A stretch of DNA of 64,000 nt from Erysipelotrichaceae bacterium. Lineage in GTDB: Bacteria > Bacillota_I > Bacilli_A > Erysipelotrichales > Erysipelotrichaceae. The position numbers and the translations under genes were made by a program. The notes under the pieces are model-generated. The model was not told the origin of the DNA and searched no databases. It saw only the letters and a program-made list of their open reading frames with translations. The stretch is taken from the NCBI GenBank assembly GCA_034180345.1, contig JAXFOQ010000040.1, positions 6,265 through 70,264 on the forward strand. Direction: 5' to 3'. Positions 54,593-64,000 of the stretch are shown in pieces. Numbering within the stretch: position 1 is the first letter of the stretch; every line of letters begins with the position of its first letter.

Positions 54593-55543
54593 TTATTTTA
54601 TACTTTCAAAGGCTTTATTGATAGCTTCTTTTAGTGTCTTTGATGATAAATTTAATTTATTCATTTCACTTTCATCAAGTTTTAATTCAATTATATTTTT
54701 AATGCCTTCACTACCGATTACGGCTGGTGCACCAAGATAAATATCCTTTTGACCATAAAGATCATCTAAGTATACCGAAAGAGGCAAGATGGCATTTTCA
54801 TTATCCAAGATGGCTTTAGTTATTCTAGCAAGGGCAACCGCCACACCATAGTAGGTGGCACCCTTTTTTTCGATAATGTGATAGGCAGCATTTTTAACCT
54901 TAAAGAAAATATTGACCAATTCTTCTTGGTTGATGTCTGGATGGTGTTCAACCCATTCGTAAATACTCATTCCACCGACCGTTGTATGCGACCATGCAGG
55001 AAATTCAGTATCTCCATGTTCTCCCATAATATAACCATGGACATTTCTAGCATCAACATTTAAAATGGTTGAAATTTCTTTACGGAAACGCGCACTATCA
55101 AGTGATGTACCAGAGCCGAATACTTTATTGGTAGGGAGTTTAGAAAATTTTTGAGCAGCATAGGTCATAACATCAACAGGGTTGCTGGCAACAAGAATTA
55201 AACCATTAAACCCACTTGCCATTAATTGTTCGATGATATTTTTCATAATTTTGATATTCTTTGTTACAAGATCTAAGCGTGTTTCACCATCTTTTTGTGG
55301 TGCTCCAGCGGTGATGACCACCAGTTCAGCATCGTGGCAGTCCTTGTAATCAGCGGCGTATATTTTTTTAGGCGAGGTATAGGCCAAGGCATCACTAAGA
55401 TCCATGGCATCACCCTCGCATTTATTTTTATTAATATCAATAATTCCTATTTCTTGGGCAATGTTTTGTGTTACAAGCGCAAAGGCAAAACTGCTTCCAA
55501 CCGCTCCATTACCGATAATCATTACTTTTTCTCTTTTTTTCAT
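54593..55543 (-). CDS. ldh: L-lactate dehydrogenase
   Basis: [27 protein letters not shown], and [15 protein letters not shown] lies 7 nt before the ATG at 55543, so the track start at 55552 is trimmed. Confidence 0.93.
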   Translation of the reverse strand: MKKREKVMIIGNGAVGSSFAFALVTQNIAQEIGIIDINKNKCEGDAMDLSDALAYTSPKKIYAADYKDCHDAELVVITAGAPQKDGETRLDLVTKNIKIMKNIIEQLMASGFNGLILVASNPVDVMTYAAQKFSKLPTNKVFGSGTSLDSARFRKEISTILNVDARNVHGYIMGEHGDTEFPAWSHTTVGGMSIYEWVEHHPDINQEELVNIFFKVKNAAYHIIEKKGATYYGVAVALARITKAILDNENAILPLSVYLDDLYGQKDIYLGAPAVIGSEGIKNIIELKLDESEMNKLNLSSKTLKEAINKAFESIK

Positions 55544-55638
55544 TATAATCACCTCATCAATATTCTATCATTAATAAAACACGATAGGGTATTTAATACT
55601 TAAATGATAATTGATAAAATATTTTAGGAGGTAAAATT

Positions 55639-56319
55639 ATGAAGAGTGTTAATGTAAAATTAAGTAGTCGTATAGCGATATTATTAAATTATTTTTTAGG
55701 TGTGATATTTATATATCCGGCTATTTTGGAATTGATTATTCGTGGCATAAAGGCCAATGAGTCTTTATCAATCTTATTAAAAATTATTTATACTTTGGTG
55801 ATTACGGTAGTATTTATATTTATTATGCGTAAGGCCTTGGTTGATGATTTTAAAAATATTAAAGGCAACTACAAGGCGGTTATTATTCAAACATTAAAAT
55901 ATTTAGGTTTAATGTTGGTGGCTAATTTGATTATCGGTAATCTTTTAAATCTTATCGGTTCTAGCAGTGAAAATGAAGCAGCTCTTAAGGAAGTGATGAA
56001 TTTATCTTTACCACTATTGTTTGTGAATGCAGTTATTTTTGCGCCGATTGTTGAAGAAGCAGTATTTAGATTGGCAATTTTTAGACCCTTAAGAGAAAAA
56101 AATCGAATTGTAGCCTATGTGGTTAGTAGTGTTCTATTTGGTTTATTGCATGTTATTGGTAGTGCTAATTTAATTAATTATCTACAAATCATCCTATATG
56201 CTTCAATGGGTTATTTTTTAGCGAAAAATTACGAAAAGAACAACAGCCTTATCGCATCTATCTCATTACATTTTTTGAATAATTTGTTGGCATTTACGCT
56301 ATCGATGTTCTTAAAATAA
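55639..56319 (+). CDS. CPBP (CAAX) family intramembrane metalloprotease
   Basis: EEAVFR, FGLLH, and HFLNN motifs in a multi-TM protein. Confidence 0.85.
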   Translation: MKSVNVKLSSRIAILLNYFLGVIFIYPAILELIIRGIKANESLSILLKIIYTLVITVVFIFIMRKALVDDFKNIKGNYKAVIIQTLKYLGLMLVANLIIGNLLNLIGSSSENEAALKEVMNLSLPLLFVNAVIFAPIVEEAVFRLAIFRPLREKNRIVAYVVSSVLFGLLHVIGSANLINYLQIILYASMGYFLAKNYEKNNSLIASISLHFLNNLLAFTLSMFLK

Positions 56320-56486
56320 AGATATATTGATTGTTTTTGGAAGGATGATTATCAATAGCCATTCTTTTAAAATTTAATATAGATTTAACAAAAAATATAA
56401 AAGAAAAAATTTGACATTATGATTGATATTTAGTAACATAAATGAGCAAATGCTCAATTTATAGAAGGAAATGAGGTGGCTTTATT

Positions 56487-56621
56487 ATGAAGAGAACATA
56501 TCAACCGAGCAAAAGAAAGCACCAAAAAGTCCACGGTTTTAGAGCCCGTATGAAAACAGTTGGCGGACGCAAAGTTTTGGCTAGGCGTCGTGCTAAGGGC
56601 AGAAAGACATTGTCGGCATAA
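56487..56621 (+). CDS. rpmH: 50S ribosomal protein L34
   Basis: Not in the ORF track (44 aa): [54 protein letters not shown] is present. TTGACA-N17-TAACAT lies upstream (56413-56441). Confidence 0.95.
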   Translation: MKRTYQPSKRKHQKVHGFRARMKTVGGRKVLARRRAKGRKTLSA

Positions 56622-56628
56622 GGTCAAT

Positions 56629-56651
56629 AAGCCACTTAGTTGTGGCTTTTT
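56629..56651 (+). terminator. hairpin + T-run between rpmH and rnpA (terminator/attenuator)
   Basis: AAGCCAC-TTAGTT-GTGGCTT followed by TTTTATTT. Confidence 0.6.
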
Positions 56652-56659
56652 ATTTACAA

Positions 56660-56992
56660 ATGAAAAAAGTATATCGGATATTAAAAAATCAAGAGTTTAA
56701 AAAGATTCTTGATCAACGCAAAAGAAGTCAAAATGATAGTTTTAAAATAGCTTATACCAATAAGTCCTTTGATCATGCCCGTTTAGGAATTAGTGTTTCT
56801 AAGAAGCTAGGCAATGCTGTTATCAGGAATAAAATTAAAAGACAGGTTAGAATGATGGTTGATTATATTGTTGATTTTAATGCCTATGAATATGATGTGA
56901 TCATAATCGTTAAAAAGGAATATTTACTTAAAAGCTATGAAACTAATCAAAATTACTTGGAAACATTATTAAAAAAATGTAAAATAAAATAG
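56660..56992 (+). CDS. rnpA: RNase P protein component
   Basis: The basic motif AV.RNKIKRQVR and its position after rpmH. The ATG at 56660 is preferred over the GTG at 56642, which lies inside the upstream hairpin. Confidence 0.88.
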   Translation: MKKVYRILKNQEFKKILDQRKRSQNDSFKIAYTNKSFDHARLGISVSKKLGNAVIRNKIKRQVRMMVDYIVDFNAYEYDVIIIVKKEYLLKSYETNQNYLETLLKKCKIK

Positions 56993-57018
56993 CGAGTTCT
57001 CAGAAAGGTTTATAAAAA

Positions 57019-57900
57019 ATGAATAAAAAGAAAATTTTATTATTAATTTCAGTAATAGTTATTGCCTTGGCATTAACTGGCTGTACTGTTCCTCACGATG
57101 CAAGTGGAAAGACAATCTTAATTGATAATAGCACAACATTTAAATATATGTTTGACAATGAAGGCTTTTTTGCTGCTTTGTTGGTCTTCCCACTTACAAA
57201 GTTGCTTAACTTTTTCGCTAATTCAACAGGTTCAGTATTTTTAGGTATTGTGCTTGTAACAGCAATTGTTAATATCGGGGTAGTTTTAGTTACTTGGAAA
57301 CAAAATGTTGCCCAACAAAAAATGCAAGAATTACAACCGGAAATGGCTAAAATTCAAAAGAAATATGAGGGCAGAACCGACCAAGACAGCCGTTTAAGAC
57401 AGGGTCAAGAAATGCAACAACTTTACAATAAACACGGTGTTAATCCTTTGGCTTCGATGGCAACCATGTTTATTCAAATGCCTATTCTACTTTCTATTTA
57501 TCATGCAGTAATGAGAAGCTATGCTGTGCATCAAGGAAAATTTTTGAATATGGATTTAGAAATTTCGCCACTTGCTGGCTTTAAAACTGGAAATTATGGC
57601 TACTTAGTTTTACTTGTTATATTATTGTTAGCTCAATTAGCTTCAATGAAGATTCCTACTTTTTTATCAGAGTTAAAAGCCAAGAAAGAAGCTGAAAAGC
57701 ATTATCGTAAATATGAAAAAGTACCAAATAAGGCACAAAATATAATGTATGGTTTTACAGTGATGATTTTATTTATGGCTTTGAGTATGCCAACGGCCAT
57801 GACGATATATTGGATTGTAAGTTCAACTATTTTAGCACTTAAAACTTATATTATTCATGTGATTATGGAAAGGAAAGCAAATGAAGAAATATCAGGGTAA
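57019..57900 (+). CDS. yidC: membrane protein insertase YidC (lipoprotein type)
   Basis: Lipobox LALTGC, and YidC core helices (QQKMQELQPEM..KY, NPL..MPIL). Confidence 0.9.
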   Translation: MNKKKILLLISVIVIALALTGCTVPHDASGKTILIDNSTTFKYMFDNEGFFAALLVFPLTKLLNFFANSTGSVFLGIVLVTAIVNIGVVLVTWKQNVAQQKMQELQPEMAKIQKKYEGRTDQDSRLRQGQEMQQLYNKHGVNPLASMATMFIQMPILLSIYHAVMRSYAVHQGKFLNMDLEISPLAGFKTGNYGYLVLLVILLLAQLASMKIPTFLSELKAKKEAEKHYRKYEKVPNKAQNIMYGFTVMILFMALSMPTAMTIYWIVSSTILALKTYIIHVIMERKANEEISG

Positions 57901-58492
57901 AAATTTAGATGATGTATTGAAGAAGATCGCAAGTGAAAATAATTGTGATTTAGCTGCAATTACTTATGAAATTATTGATGAACATAAGGGCATTTTAGGC
58001 ATTGGTAATTCTATTACCATAGCAGCATATGTACCAGAAGATATTAAAAATTTCATCTTTGAATATTTAGGCAGTTATTTTACTGAATTAAATCAGGCGG
58101 TAAAAATTGAAATCATCGAAGAAAAAGATAATTTAAAAGTTTTATTGGATGCTGAAAATAATGCGGTGGTTATCGGCAAGGGTGGTCAAACACTCAGGGC
58201 AATAAATCAAGTATTAAGATCTGCCTGCAATGTAACTTTTAAAAAGCGTGTTAATGTAACTGTTGATATTAACAACTATAAGGAAGAACGCTATAAAAAG
58301 GTTAAATTAATGGCTAAAAGAATTGCCTTGGAAGTAAGAAGAAGTAAGATTGATGCCGAGTTAGATCCACTACCAGCGGATGAACGCAAGATTATTCATC
58401 AATACCTAGGAGAATTTAAAAATATTAAAACTGAATCAATTGATGATGGTAATGATCGTCATATTGTGATTCACTATGTGAATGAAGAATAA
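57881..58492 (+). CDS. jag: Jag/KhpB RNA-binding protein (Jag_N, KH, R3H)
   Basis: KH GxxG (IGKGGQTLRAI), an R3H-like motif (ERKIIHQYL), and position after yidC. Confidence 0.88.
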   Translation: MKKYQGKNLDDVLKKIASENNCDLAAITYEIIDEHKGILGIGNSITIAAYVPEDIKNFIFEYLGSYFTELNQAVKIEIIEEKDNLKVLLDAENNAVVIGKGGQTLRAINQVLRSACNVTFKKRVNVTVDINNYKEERYKKVKLMAKRIALEVRRSKIDAELDPLPADERKIIHQYLGEFKNIKTESIDDGNDRHIVIHYVNEE

Positions 58493-58496
58493 AATT

Positions 58497-58520
58497 AAAC
58501 CAAGCTTAAGCTTGGTTTTT
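58497..58520. terminator. bidirectional intrinsic terminator
   Basis: AAACCAAGC-TTAA-GCTTGGTTT flanked by A- and T-runs, between convergent genes. Confidence 0.8.
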
Positions 58521-58526
58521 AACTAC

Positions 58527-59180
58527 TTATTTTAATAATTTAGCTTTTAAATGTTCTAATGATTTCTCACAAATCATAATTGCTGCATCCTTTGCCACTT
58601 GGGCATTATCTTTAAAATCAGGATTATTCAAATGTTCTTCGATAGTTTTATTGATTAGCTCTGTCATCTTTCTAACTTCATCAATAATGTAGCTTATATC
58701 ATCATATTCATTCATAAACATATCAAGAACTACTTTTTTAACACGGGATATTTCTTCATCTTCATTATTTAATTCAGTGGTAATTTTTTGTTCAAACCCC
58801 AATTCACGGTCAATTTCCTCGGGTTTTTTATCAGTTAAACAACTATCAATTAATTCTTTGGTTAGGGTAGAAGCTGTTGTTGTTTGTTTAAGGGGGATAT
58901 TTTCAATTTTAATGATTGTCTGGTCAATGGCATTAATCAATTTATCAGCGACCGTTATAACATGCTCATCAATATTTTTATTAGTTTGATTTTCAATGAC
59001 ATTAGTTTCTAATTCATAGGCCATTTTTTTAAAACTGATAATTATTTCATTTTTTAATCTTACTAGAATATGTTTTTTATCTTCAATGACATTTTCTATT
59101 CTATTATCTACAAGTTGTTCGACTTCAGCTATTTTATTACGCAATTTAATCATTTCCACTTTAATAATTTCACTATACAT
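58527..59180 (-). CDS. hypothetical all-helical acidic protein (217 aa)
   Basis: ORF track, trimmed to the ATG at 59180, which is preceded by a GAGGTAG SD. Heptad-like composition and no motif recognised. Confidence 0.55.
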   Translation of the reverse strand: MYSEIIKVEMIKLRNKIAEVEQLVDNRIENVIEDKKHILVRLKNEIIISFKKMAYELETNVIENQTNKNIDEHVITVADKLINAIDQTIIKIENIPLKQTTTASTLTKELIDSCLTDKKPEEIDRELGFEQKITTELNNEDEEISRVKKVVLDMFMNEYDDISYIIDEVRKMTELINKTIEEHLNNPDFKDNAQVAKDAAIMICEKSLEHLKAKLLK

Positions 59181-59292
59181 AATTTCTACCTCGTTGCCTA
59201 TATAGTATAAAATACCTAAAATTATTTTACAATTTATAATAGACAAATGAACTTATTGTAGTTATGATATAAGAAAGTAATAGGAGTGAGTG

Positions 59293-60114
59293 ATGACAAT
59301 TTTTGAAATTTTAAATGAAATTCAAGATGTACGCCATGGAGGCGAGCTTTGTGATTTCAATGGGTATCTTGAAGATTATTTAGGACAATTAGACCGTGAT
59401 GCGAAGGAGTATGAGTTGCTTAATGCTTTATTGGAAATGGATGCTGATATTAAAGTTATCCATAACTTAAAGGTATCATTGAGTAAGACTTCCATCAGCA
59501 ATCAAATTATTAGATACAAGGATATCAACAAGCTTGGAGATTATCCATTGAATGTTGAATATATCTTGAGTATTAAACAACAGGATCAAGCTAGAGCTAT
59601 CTTGTTGGATGAAGAATTTATTTTGGCCAAGGGTTTGTATTATGCGTTAAGTGAAGAACCTAGCCAATTTAATAGTTTAAGAAATGATATTATCGTTTTA
59701 CCTTTAAATGAAGATTTAGATACCGTAAGACAAGTATATAACAGTTTATTTACCGTTAGAACTGGTGCCATCCAAAGACGCATCGATCAAAAGCATTTAA
59801 GTGCTTATGATGAAGTATTGGAAAAGGCAATTGAAATGGCTAATAATACCGAAACAATCACTAAGGAAAAAATCTTAGAAGATCGTAAAAATCGCAATAT
59901 CGTTATCAATAAGGCGATTGCAACTTGGTACTTATTAAAGAAGTTTATCTATGTGCAATATATGGTTAATAAAGACATCCTTAGAGAACGCCATGATGGT
60001 GATATTAAGGCTCAAAGAAATCAAGCTAAGATTAATGCTGATAAGATTCGTTTTGCCCCATTAAGTAGTTTATGGCGCATTGATAACGAAGAAGAAATGT
60101 CTGAAAATAATTAA
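59293..60114 (+). CDS. hypothetical protein (273 aa)
   Basis: ORF track. An AGGAG SD precedes the ATG at 59293. No motif recognised. Confidence 0.55.
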   Translation: MTIFEILNEIQDVRHGGELCDFNGYLEDYLGQLDRDAKEYELLNALLEMDADIKVIHNLKVSLSKTSISNQIIRYKDINKLGDYPLNVEYILSIKQQDQARAILLDEEFILAKGLYYALSEEPSQFNSLRNDIIVLPLNEDLDTVRQVYNSLFTVRTGAIQRRIDQKHLSAYDEVLEKAIEMANNTETITKEKILEDRKNRNIVINKAIATWYLLKKFIYVQYMVNKDILRERHDGDIKAQRNQAKINADKIRFAPLSSLWRIDNEEEMSENN

Positions 60115-60124
60115 TTTTTAAACA

Positions 60125-60156
60125 AAAAGACAGTAAAATAATAAAACTGTCTTTTT
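60125..60156 (+). terminator. intrinsic terminator
   Basis: AAAAGACAG-N13-CTGTCTTTT followed by T. Confidence 0.7.
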
Positions 60157-60237
60157 ATAACCGCTTACATAGGATTGGTCCAATTGACTTTTAGTTTAGC
60201 TAAAATTATAATTTATATGACATAAGGAGGGAATGTA

Positions 60238-61248
60238 ATGTCAGTAAAAGTAGCAATTAATGGATTCGGTCGTATCGGTCGTCTAGCATTCAGACAAATG
60301 TTTGGTGATGCAGATTATGATATTATCGCAATCAATGATTTAACAGCTCCAGAAATGCTTGCCCATCTATTAAAATATGATTCAGCTCAAGGGAAATATG
60401 GCAAAGAAGTAAAAGCAGGCGAAGCTTCAATCACAGTTGATGGAAAAGAAATCAAAATCTATTCTGAAAAGGAAGCAGTTAATTTACCTTGGAAAGAATT
60501 GGGTGTAGATGTTGTATTAGAATGCACAGGTTTCTATACCAGCAAGGCTAAAGCACAAGCACATATTGATGCTGGTGCTAAAAAGGTAGTTATCAGCGCT
60601 CCAGCAGGTAACGACTTACCAACTATCGTTTATGGTGTAAACCATGAAATCTTAAAAGCAGAAGATAAAATTATCAGTGCAGCTTCATGCACAACTAACT
60701 GCTTAGCTCCAATGGCAAAGGCTTTAAATGAAATCGCTCCAATTCAAGCTGGTATCATGACAACAGTTCACGCTTATACAGGCGATCAAATGCTTCTTGA
60801 TGGACCTCACAGAAAGGGTGATTTAAGAAGAGCTCGTGCTGCTGCTGCTAATATCGTACCTAACAGCACTGGTGCAGCAAAGGCCATCGGTTTAGTTATT
60901 CCTGAACTTTCAGGTAAATTAATCGGTAGTGCTCAACGCGTACCTGTAACTACTGGTTCAAGCACAATCTTAGTAAGTATTGTTAAGGCTGAAGATTTAA
61001 CTGTTGAAAAAATTAATTCATATATGAAGAGCGTTGAAACTCCTTCATATGGTTATACTGAAGAACCATTAGTATCTAGTGATATTGTTGGTGAAACTCA
61101 CGGTTCAATCTTTGATGCAACTCAAACAATGATTACTAAAGCTGGTGAAGGCTTATACGAAGTTCAAACTGTTGCTTGGTATGATAATGAAAATTCATAT
61201 ACAACTCAAATGGTTAGAACAATTAAGTACTTCAATAGTATTAAATAA
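60238..61248 (+). CDS. gap: glyceraldehyde-3-phosphate dehydrogenase
   Basis: [19 protein letters not shown] active site, and WYDNE. A strong AGGAGG SD is present. Confidence 0.97.
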   Translation: MSVKVAINGFGRIGRLAFRQMFGDADYDIIAINDLTAPEMLAHLLKYDSAQGKYGKEVKAGEASITVDGKEIKIYSEKEAVNLPWKELGVDVVLECTGFYTSKAKAQAHIDAGAKKVVISAPAGNDLPTIVYGVNHEILKAEDKIISAASCTTNCLAPMAKALNEIAPIQAGIMTTVHAYTGDQMLLDGPHRKGDLRRARAAAANIVPNSTGAAKAIGLVIPELSGKLIGSAQRVPVTTGSSTILVSIVKAEDLTVEKINSYMKSVETPSYGYTEEPLVSSDIVGETHGSIFDATQTMITKAGEGLYEVQTVAWYDNENSYTTQMVRTIKYFNSIK

Positions 61249-61260
61249 TTTAACTTATTA

Positions 61261-61288
61261 AGGGCATAATTAAATGCCCTTTTTTTAT
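61261..61288 (+). terminator. intrinsic terminator of gap
   Basis: AGGGCAT-AATTAA-ATGCCCT followed by T7. Confidence 0.85.
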
Positions 61289-61320
61289 TGATTGATGTTA
61301 TTATTTAGTTGGAGGATGAA

Positions 61321-62020
61321 TATGAAAAAATTTATTATTGAAAAGTCATTTTGGGATTTGTTTCCTGATGCTAAGATTGGAGTCTTGGTATTAAAGGGCA
61401 TTCAAAGCCAAGAATCTAATGATGAAATTATCAATTTATTAGCTCAGGCCAATCTTGAAGCTAAAAAGTATTTAGTAGCGGAATTGGTTAGTGAAAATAA
61501 GGAAGTTGCTGTATGGCGTAAGGCTTATCAGAAATTTAAAACTAAAAAAGGTGCCCGTTGTTCAATTGAAGCATTATTAAAACGCATTAATTCAGGCAAG
61601 GGTGTATCCACAATCAATGCCTTGGTCGATATTTATAATGCTGCCTCATTGAAGTATGCTTTGCCATGTGGTGCTGAGGATATTGACAAATTTAAGGGTG
61701 ATTTAAGATTAACTATTAGTGCAGGTGGGGATAAATTTATCGGTATCGGTGAAGATGATCTTGATGAAACCTTGGCTGGGGAGCTATGTTATTTAGATGA
61801 TGATGGGGCAGTGTGTCGCTGTTTTAATTGGCGTGATGGTATCCGCACTATGATTGACGATAATACTAAATCAGCATTTGTGGTGATGGAGGTCATTGAT
61901 AATCGTCTTGATGATTTACATAAGGCCTTAGCATTTATTAAAAATAATAGTGAAAAATATCTTGGAGCCGTGGTTGATGTCCATATTCTTGATCTTGATC
62001 ACCAAGAAATTAATTTATAG
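61321..62020 (+). CDS. B3/B4 tRNA-binding-domain protein (PheT-B3/4-like stand-alone)
   Basis: FPDAKIGVLVLKGI.., VWRKAY..F, NALVDIYNA.SLKY.LP.G.ED, and the CYLDD.G..CR.FNWRD pattern typical of stand-alone B3_4 proteins. The ATG at 61321 is preceded by GGAGG. Confidence 0.7.
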
Positions 62021-62069
62021 CTTTAAAGAACTATTCTTTATGATATGATTTATTAGAAAGAGGAAGCTT

Positions 62070-62552
62070 ATGAAAAATAAAGAATTAGAGAAATTTTTAA
62101 ATGATCATGATATTAAATATGGCTTTTTTGAGCATGAGCCTTTATTAACAATGGAAGATTCCTACAAATATACCAACCATATTCCTGGTGAACATTGTAA
62201 GAATTTATTTGTTACTGACAAAAAGAGGGTTAATTATTATCATATTTTAACCAAAGGGCAAAAAGCGGTGGACCTAAAACAGTTACAGACTGCCATGAAT
62301 GCTACACGCCTATCTTTTCCAAGTGCTGAGCGCCTAGATAGTGTCTTACATTTGGAACCTGGCTGTGTCAATCCTTTAACAATGATTTATACTGATGATC
62401 ATGTTCATTATTATTTTGATGAAGAATTATTGACCTGTGATTATTTAATTTTTTGTCCTAGCGTTGTTGATGAGTCGATTAATATGACGGTATCGGAATT
62501 TAAGAAGTTTATTGAAGCCACTGGGAAAACAGTTAATTTTATTAAAATGTAA
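62070..62552 (+). CDS. YbaK/ProX-family aminoacyl-tRNA trans-editing domain protein
   Basis: The pattern HCKNLF..D.K....L......VDLK.L......RLSF......L.L.PG.V.P is typical of YbaK/ProX deacylases. Confidence 0.7.
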   Translation: MKNKELEKFLNDHDIKYGFFEHEPLLTMEDSYKYTNHIPGEHCKNLFVTDKKRVNYYHILTKGQKAVDLKQLQTAMNATRLSFPSAERLDSVLHLEPGCVNPLTMIYTDDHVHYYFDEELLTCDYLIFCPSVVDESINMTVSEFKKFIEATGKTVNFIKM

Positions 62553-62667
62553 AATAATTATTTTAACCATCTATCTTGAAGTTATATTGAAACTATAAAA
62601 ATAATGCAAAAAAATAAGAACTATTGCAAAAAAATAAATAAGTAGTAAAATATAGCTAGGAGGTAAC

Positions 62668-63039
62668 ATGTTTGAATGGTTTAATGGAAATATATATTTA
62701 ATGAATGCTATTTTCTATGAAAGTAATATTACATTAAATAAGGCTGCTTTTCAGTATTTTGATGATGAGGATTTCTGTATTCTCGGCATTGATGTTAAAA
62801 ATAAAAAAGTGGCGATTAAGGCAGTTTCACTGCGTGATGTAGAACTGAAGCTTGTTGATGCATCGCATTTAAACAAATTATCTAAGGGTAAGGGCTATAT
62901 TAGAATTTCTAATAAAACCTTTAACAAGAGTGTTGCTGAAGTTCTAAAAGAAAGTTTGAATGGGCAGAAGTTTAAAGTTGACTATGATGAGAAAGAAAGG
63001 ATGCTAGTGGTAGATTTGAATGAACCACTAAAGGGGTAA
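62668..63039 (+). CDS. hypothetical protein (123 aa)
   Basis: ORF track. An AGGAGG SD is present. No motif recognised. Confidence 0.5.
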   Translation: MFEWFNGNIYLMNAIFYESNITLNKAAFQYFDDEDFCILGIDVKNKKVAIKAVSLRDVELKLVDASHLNKLSKGKGYIRISNKTFNKSVAEVLKESLNGQKFKVDYDEKERMLVVDLNEPLKG

Positions 63040-63046
63040 TTATACG

Positions 63047-63475
63047 ATGTATTTTTGGTTGTGGATAGGTATTATTGTATTTGCTTTAATTATTGAACTA
63101 ATAACCTTAGGATCAATGGTATCAATTTGGTTTACCTTTGGCGGTTGTTTTGGTTTAATTGCATATTTACTTGGTGCTAATTTTAAAGTTCAAGTAATTG
63201 TTTTCTTTATCTCATCAATTATGTTCTTCTTGGTATTTAAGCCATTGACTAAAAAATATATGCGTTCAAAGGTTGAACCGACAAATTGTGATCGCTATAT
63301 CGGTAAAAGATACCATCTCATTAAAGGAATCACTGATGAAAAGTCAGGTGAGATTAAAATTAATGATTTAATTTGGTATGTTGTGAGTAATGATGGCTGT
63401 GATATTGAAGCAGGAAGTTTAGTCGAAATTTTAGCTTTTGAAGGTTCTAAAGCTATTGTCAGAAAGGTTAATTAA
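63047..63475 (+). CDS. NfeD-family membrane protein
   Basis: Three N-terminal TM helices plus a C-terminal OB-like soluble domain (G.I.I....W......I..G..V.I). Immediately precedes an SPFH gene. Confidence 0.8.
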   Translation: MYFWLWIGIIVFALIIELITLGSMVSIWFTFGGCFGLIAYLLGANFKVQVIVFFISSIMFFLVFKPLTKKYMRSKVEPTNCDRYIGKRYHLIKGITDEKSGEIKINDLIWYVVSNDGCDIEAGSLVEILAFEGSKAIVRKVN

Positions 63476-63477
63476 GG

Positions 63478-64000
63478 ATGGAAATTATTAAAATTATTAT
63501 CGTTGTTGTCGCATTGCTAATTTTAGCATCGGTGCTACTAGCTAGTGTGCGTGTAGTTCCACAAGCCCACGCCTACATCATTGAAAGATTAGGTTCTTAT
63601 CACTCAACATGGAAAAATGGAGTACATTTAAAGATACCATTTGCTGACCATGTCGCAAAGAAAGTATCACTAAAGGAAATTGTTAAAGACTTTGCACCGC
63701 AACCTGTTATTACCAAAGATAATGTTACAATGCAAATTGATACAGTTGTTTATTTCCAAATTGTTGATCCTAAATTATATACATATGGTGTTGAATATCC
63801 TCTAAGTGCCTTAGAAAATTTAACAGCTACAACTTTAAGAAATATCATCGGTGATTTAGAACTTGATGAAACTCTAACATCTCGTGATATTATCAATACT
63901 AAAATGCGTGCTATTTTAGATGAGGCTACTGATCCTTGGGGCATTAAAGTTGGTCGTGTTGAAGTTAAAAATATTATTCCACCACGCGATATTCAAGAAT
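63478..64000 (+). CDS. SPFH/band-7 (stomatin/QmcA-like) protein, 3' end outside the window
   Basis: The ATG at 63478 opens a frame that runs to the window end: MEIIKIIIVVVALLILASVLLASVRVVPQAHAYIIERLGSYH..ITKDNVTMQIDTVVYFQIVDP..LRNIIGDLELDETLTSRD. It is absent from the ORF track because no stop is reached. Confidence 0.85.
   Translation, partial: MEIIKIIIVVVALLILASVLLASVRVVPQAHAYIIERLGSYHSTWKNGVHLKIPFADHVAKKVSLKEIVKDFAPQPVITKDNVTMQIDTVVYFQIVDPKLYTYGVEYPLSALENLTATTLRNIIGDLELDETLTSRDIINTKMRAILDEATDPWGIKVGRVEVKNIIPPRDIQE

Noticed and set aside
56320-56486. Possible oriC upstream of rpmH
   Set aside because: There is no dnaA gene and no TTATCCACA-like box by eye. The region is only 167 nt and contains an ordinary promoter.
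1-64000. Alternative genetic code (UGA=Trp, Mollicutes-like), suggested by the very low GC
   Set aside because: Trp residues in conserved motifs are encoded by TGG. Many well-defined genes end at TGA, often in ATGA overlaps (ftsX/M23, cas9/cas1, cas2/csn2), so translation table 11 applies.
1-64000. Prophage, integrative element or insertion sequence explaining the accessory genes
   Set aside because: I found no integrase, recombinase, transposase, terminase or capsid-like ORF on either strand. I also saw no long terminal inverted or direct repeats flanking the island or the hsdR relic.

Overview
64 kb chromosomal segment of a low-GC Firmicute. It uses the standard genetic code: Trp is TGG and TGA is used as a stop. 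Most genes are core and tightly packed. They include ftsEX with an M23 peptidase and a Ctp protease, uvrB, miaA, tcdA, pepF, pepO, zwf-gnd-pgl, an Opu-type ABC importer, a lic (phosphocholine) locus, tmk-holB-ricT-rsmI, ldh, rpmH-rnpA-yidC-jag, gap, and an NfeD/SPFH pair.

The clear accessory region is an ~11 kb block between pepO (ends 17002) and the convergent zwf (ends 28300). It holds a complete type II-A CRISPR-Cas locus:
- a minus-strand tracrRNA that I could derive from the sequence;
- cas9 split into two frames by a single frameshift near 17846-17873;
- cas1, cas2 and csn2;
- a 64-nt leader ending in ATTTGAG;
- 11 repeats of 36 nt with 10 spacers of 30 nt.

Immediately downstream are two uncharacterised single genes that look like defence effectors:
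- an ORF6N/KilA-N-like DNA-binding protein whose C-terminus carries an HxR..D..GxS motif resembling a PLD-type nuclease;
- a very AT-rich protein of ~913 aa with an unknown N-terminal domain, an Upf1/DNA2-like SF1 helicase and a C-terminal DUF2726/Vsr-like PD-(D/E)xK nuclease.

I rate these two genes, in their CRISPR-adjacent context, as the best candidate for an undescribed system.

Other points of note:
- a decayed C-terminal relic of a type I hsdR gene next to tRNA-Ser(CGA);
- a CIRCE-like operator with atypical geometry on the hsp20 promoter;
- an HTH-LicC-LicA triple fusion with a second licC;
- an orphan WYL regulator;
- an AT-rich ABC module cut by the left edge of the window.

I saw no integrase, transposase or prophage genes. 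All functional calls come from motif recognition by eye; no database search was run.
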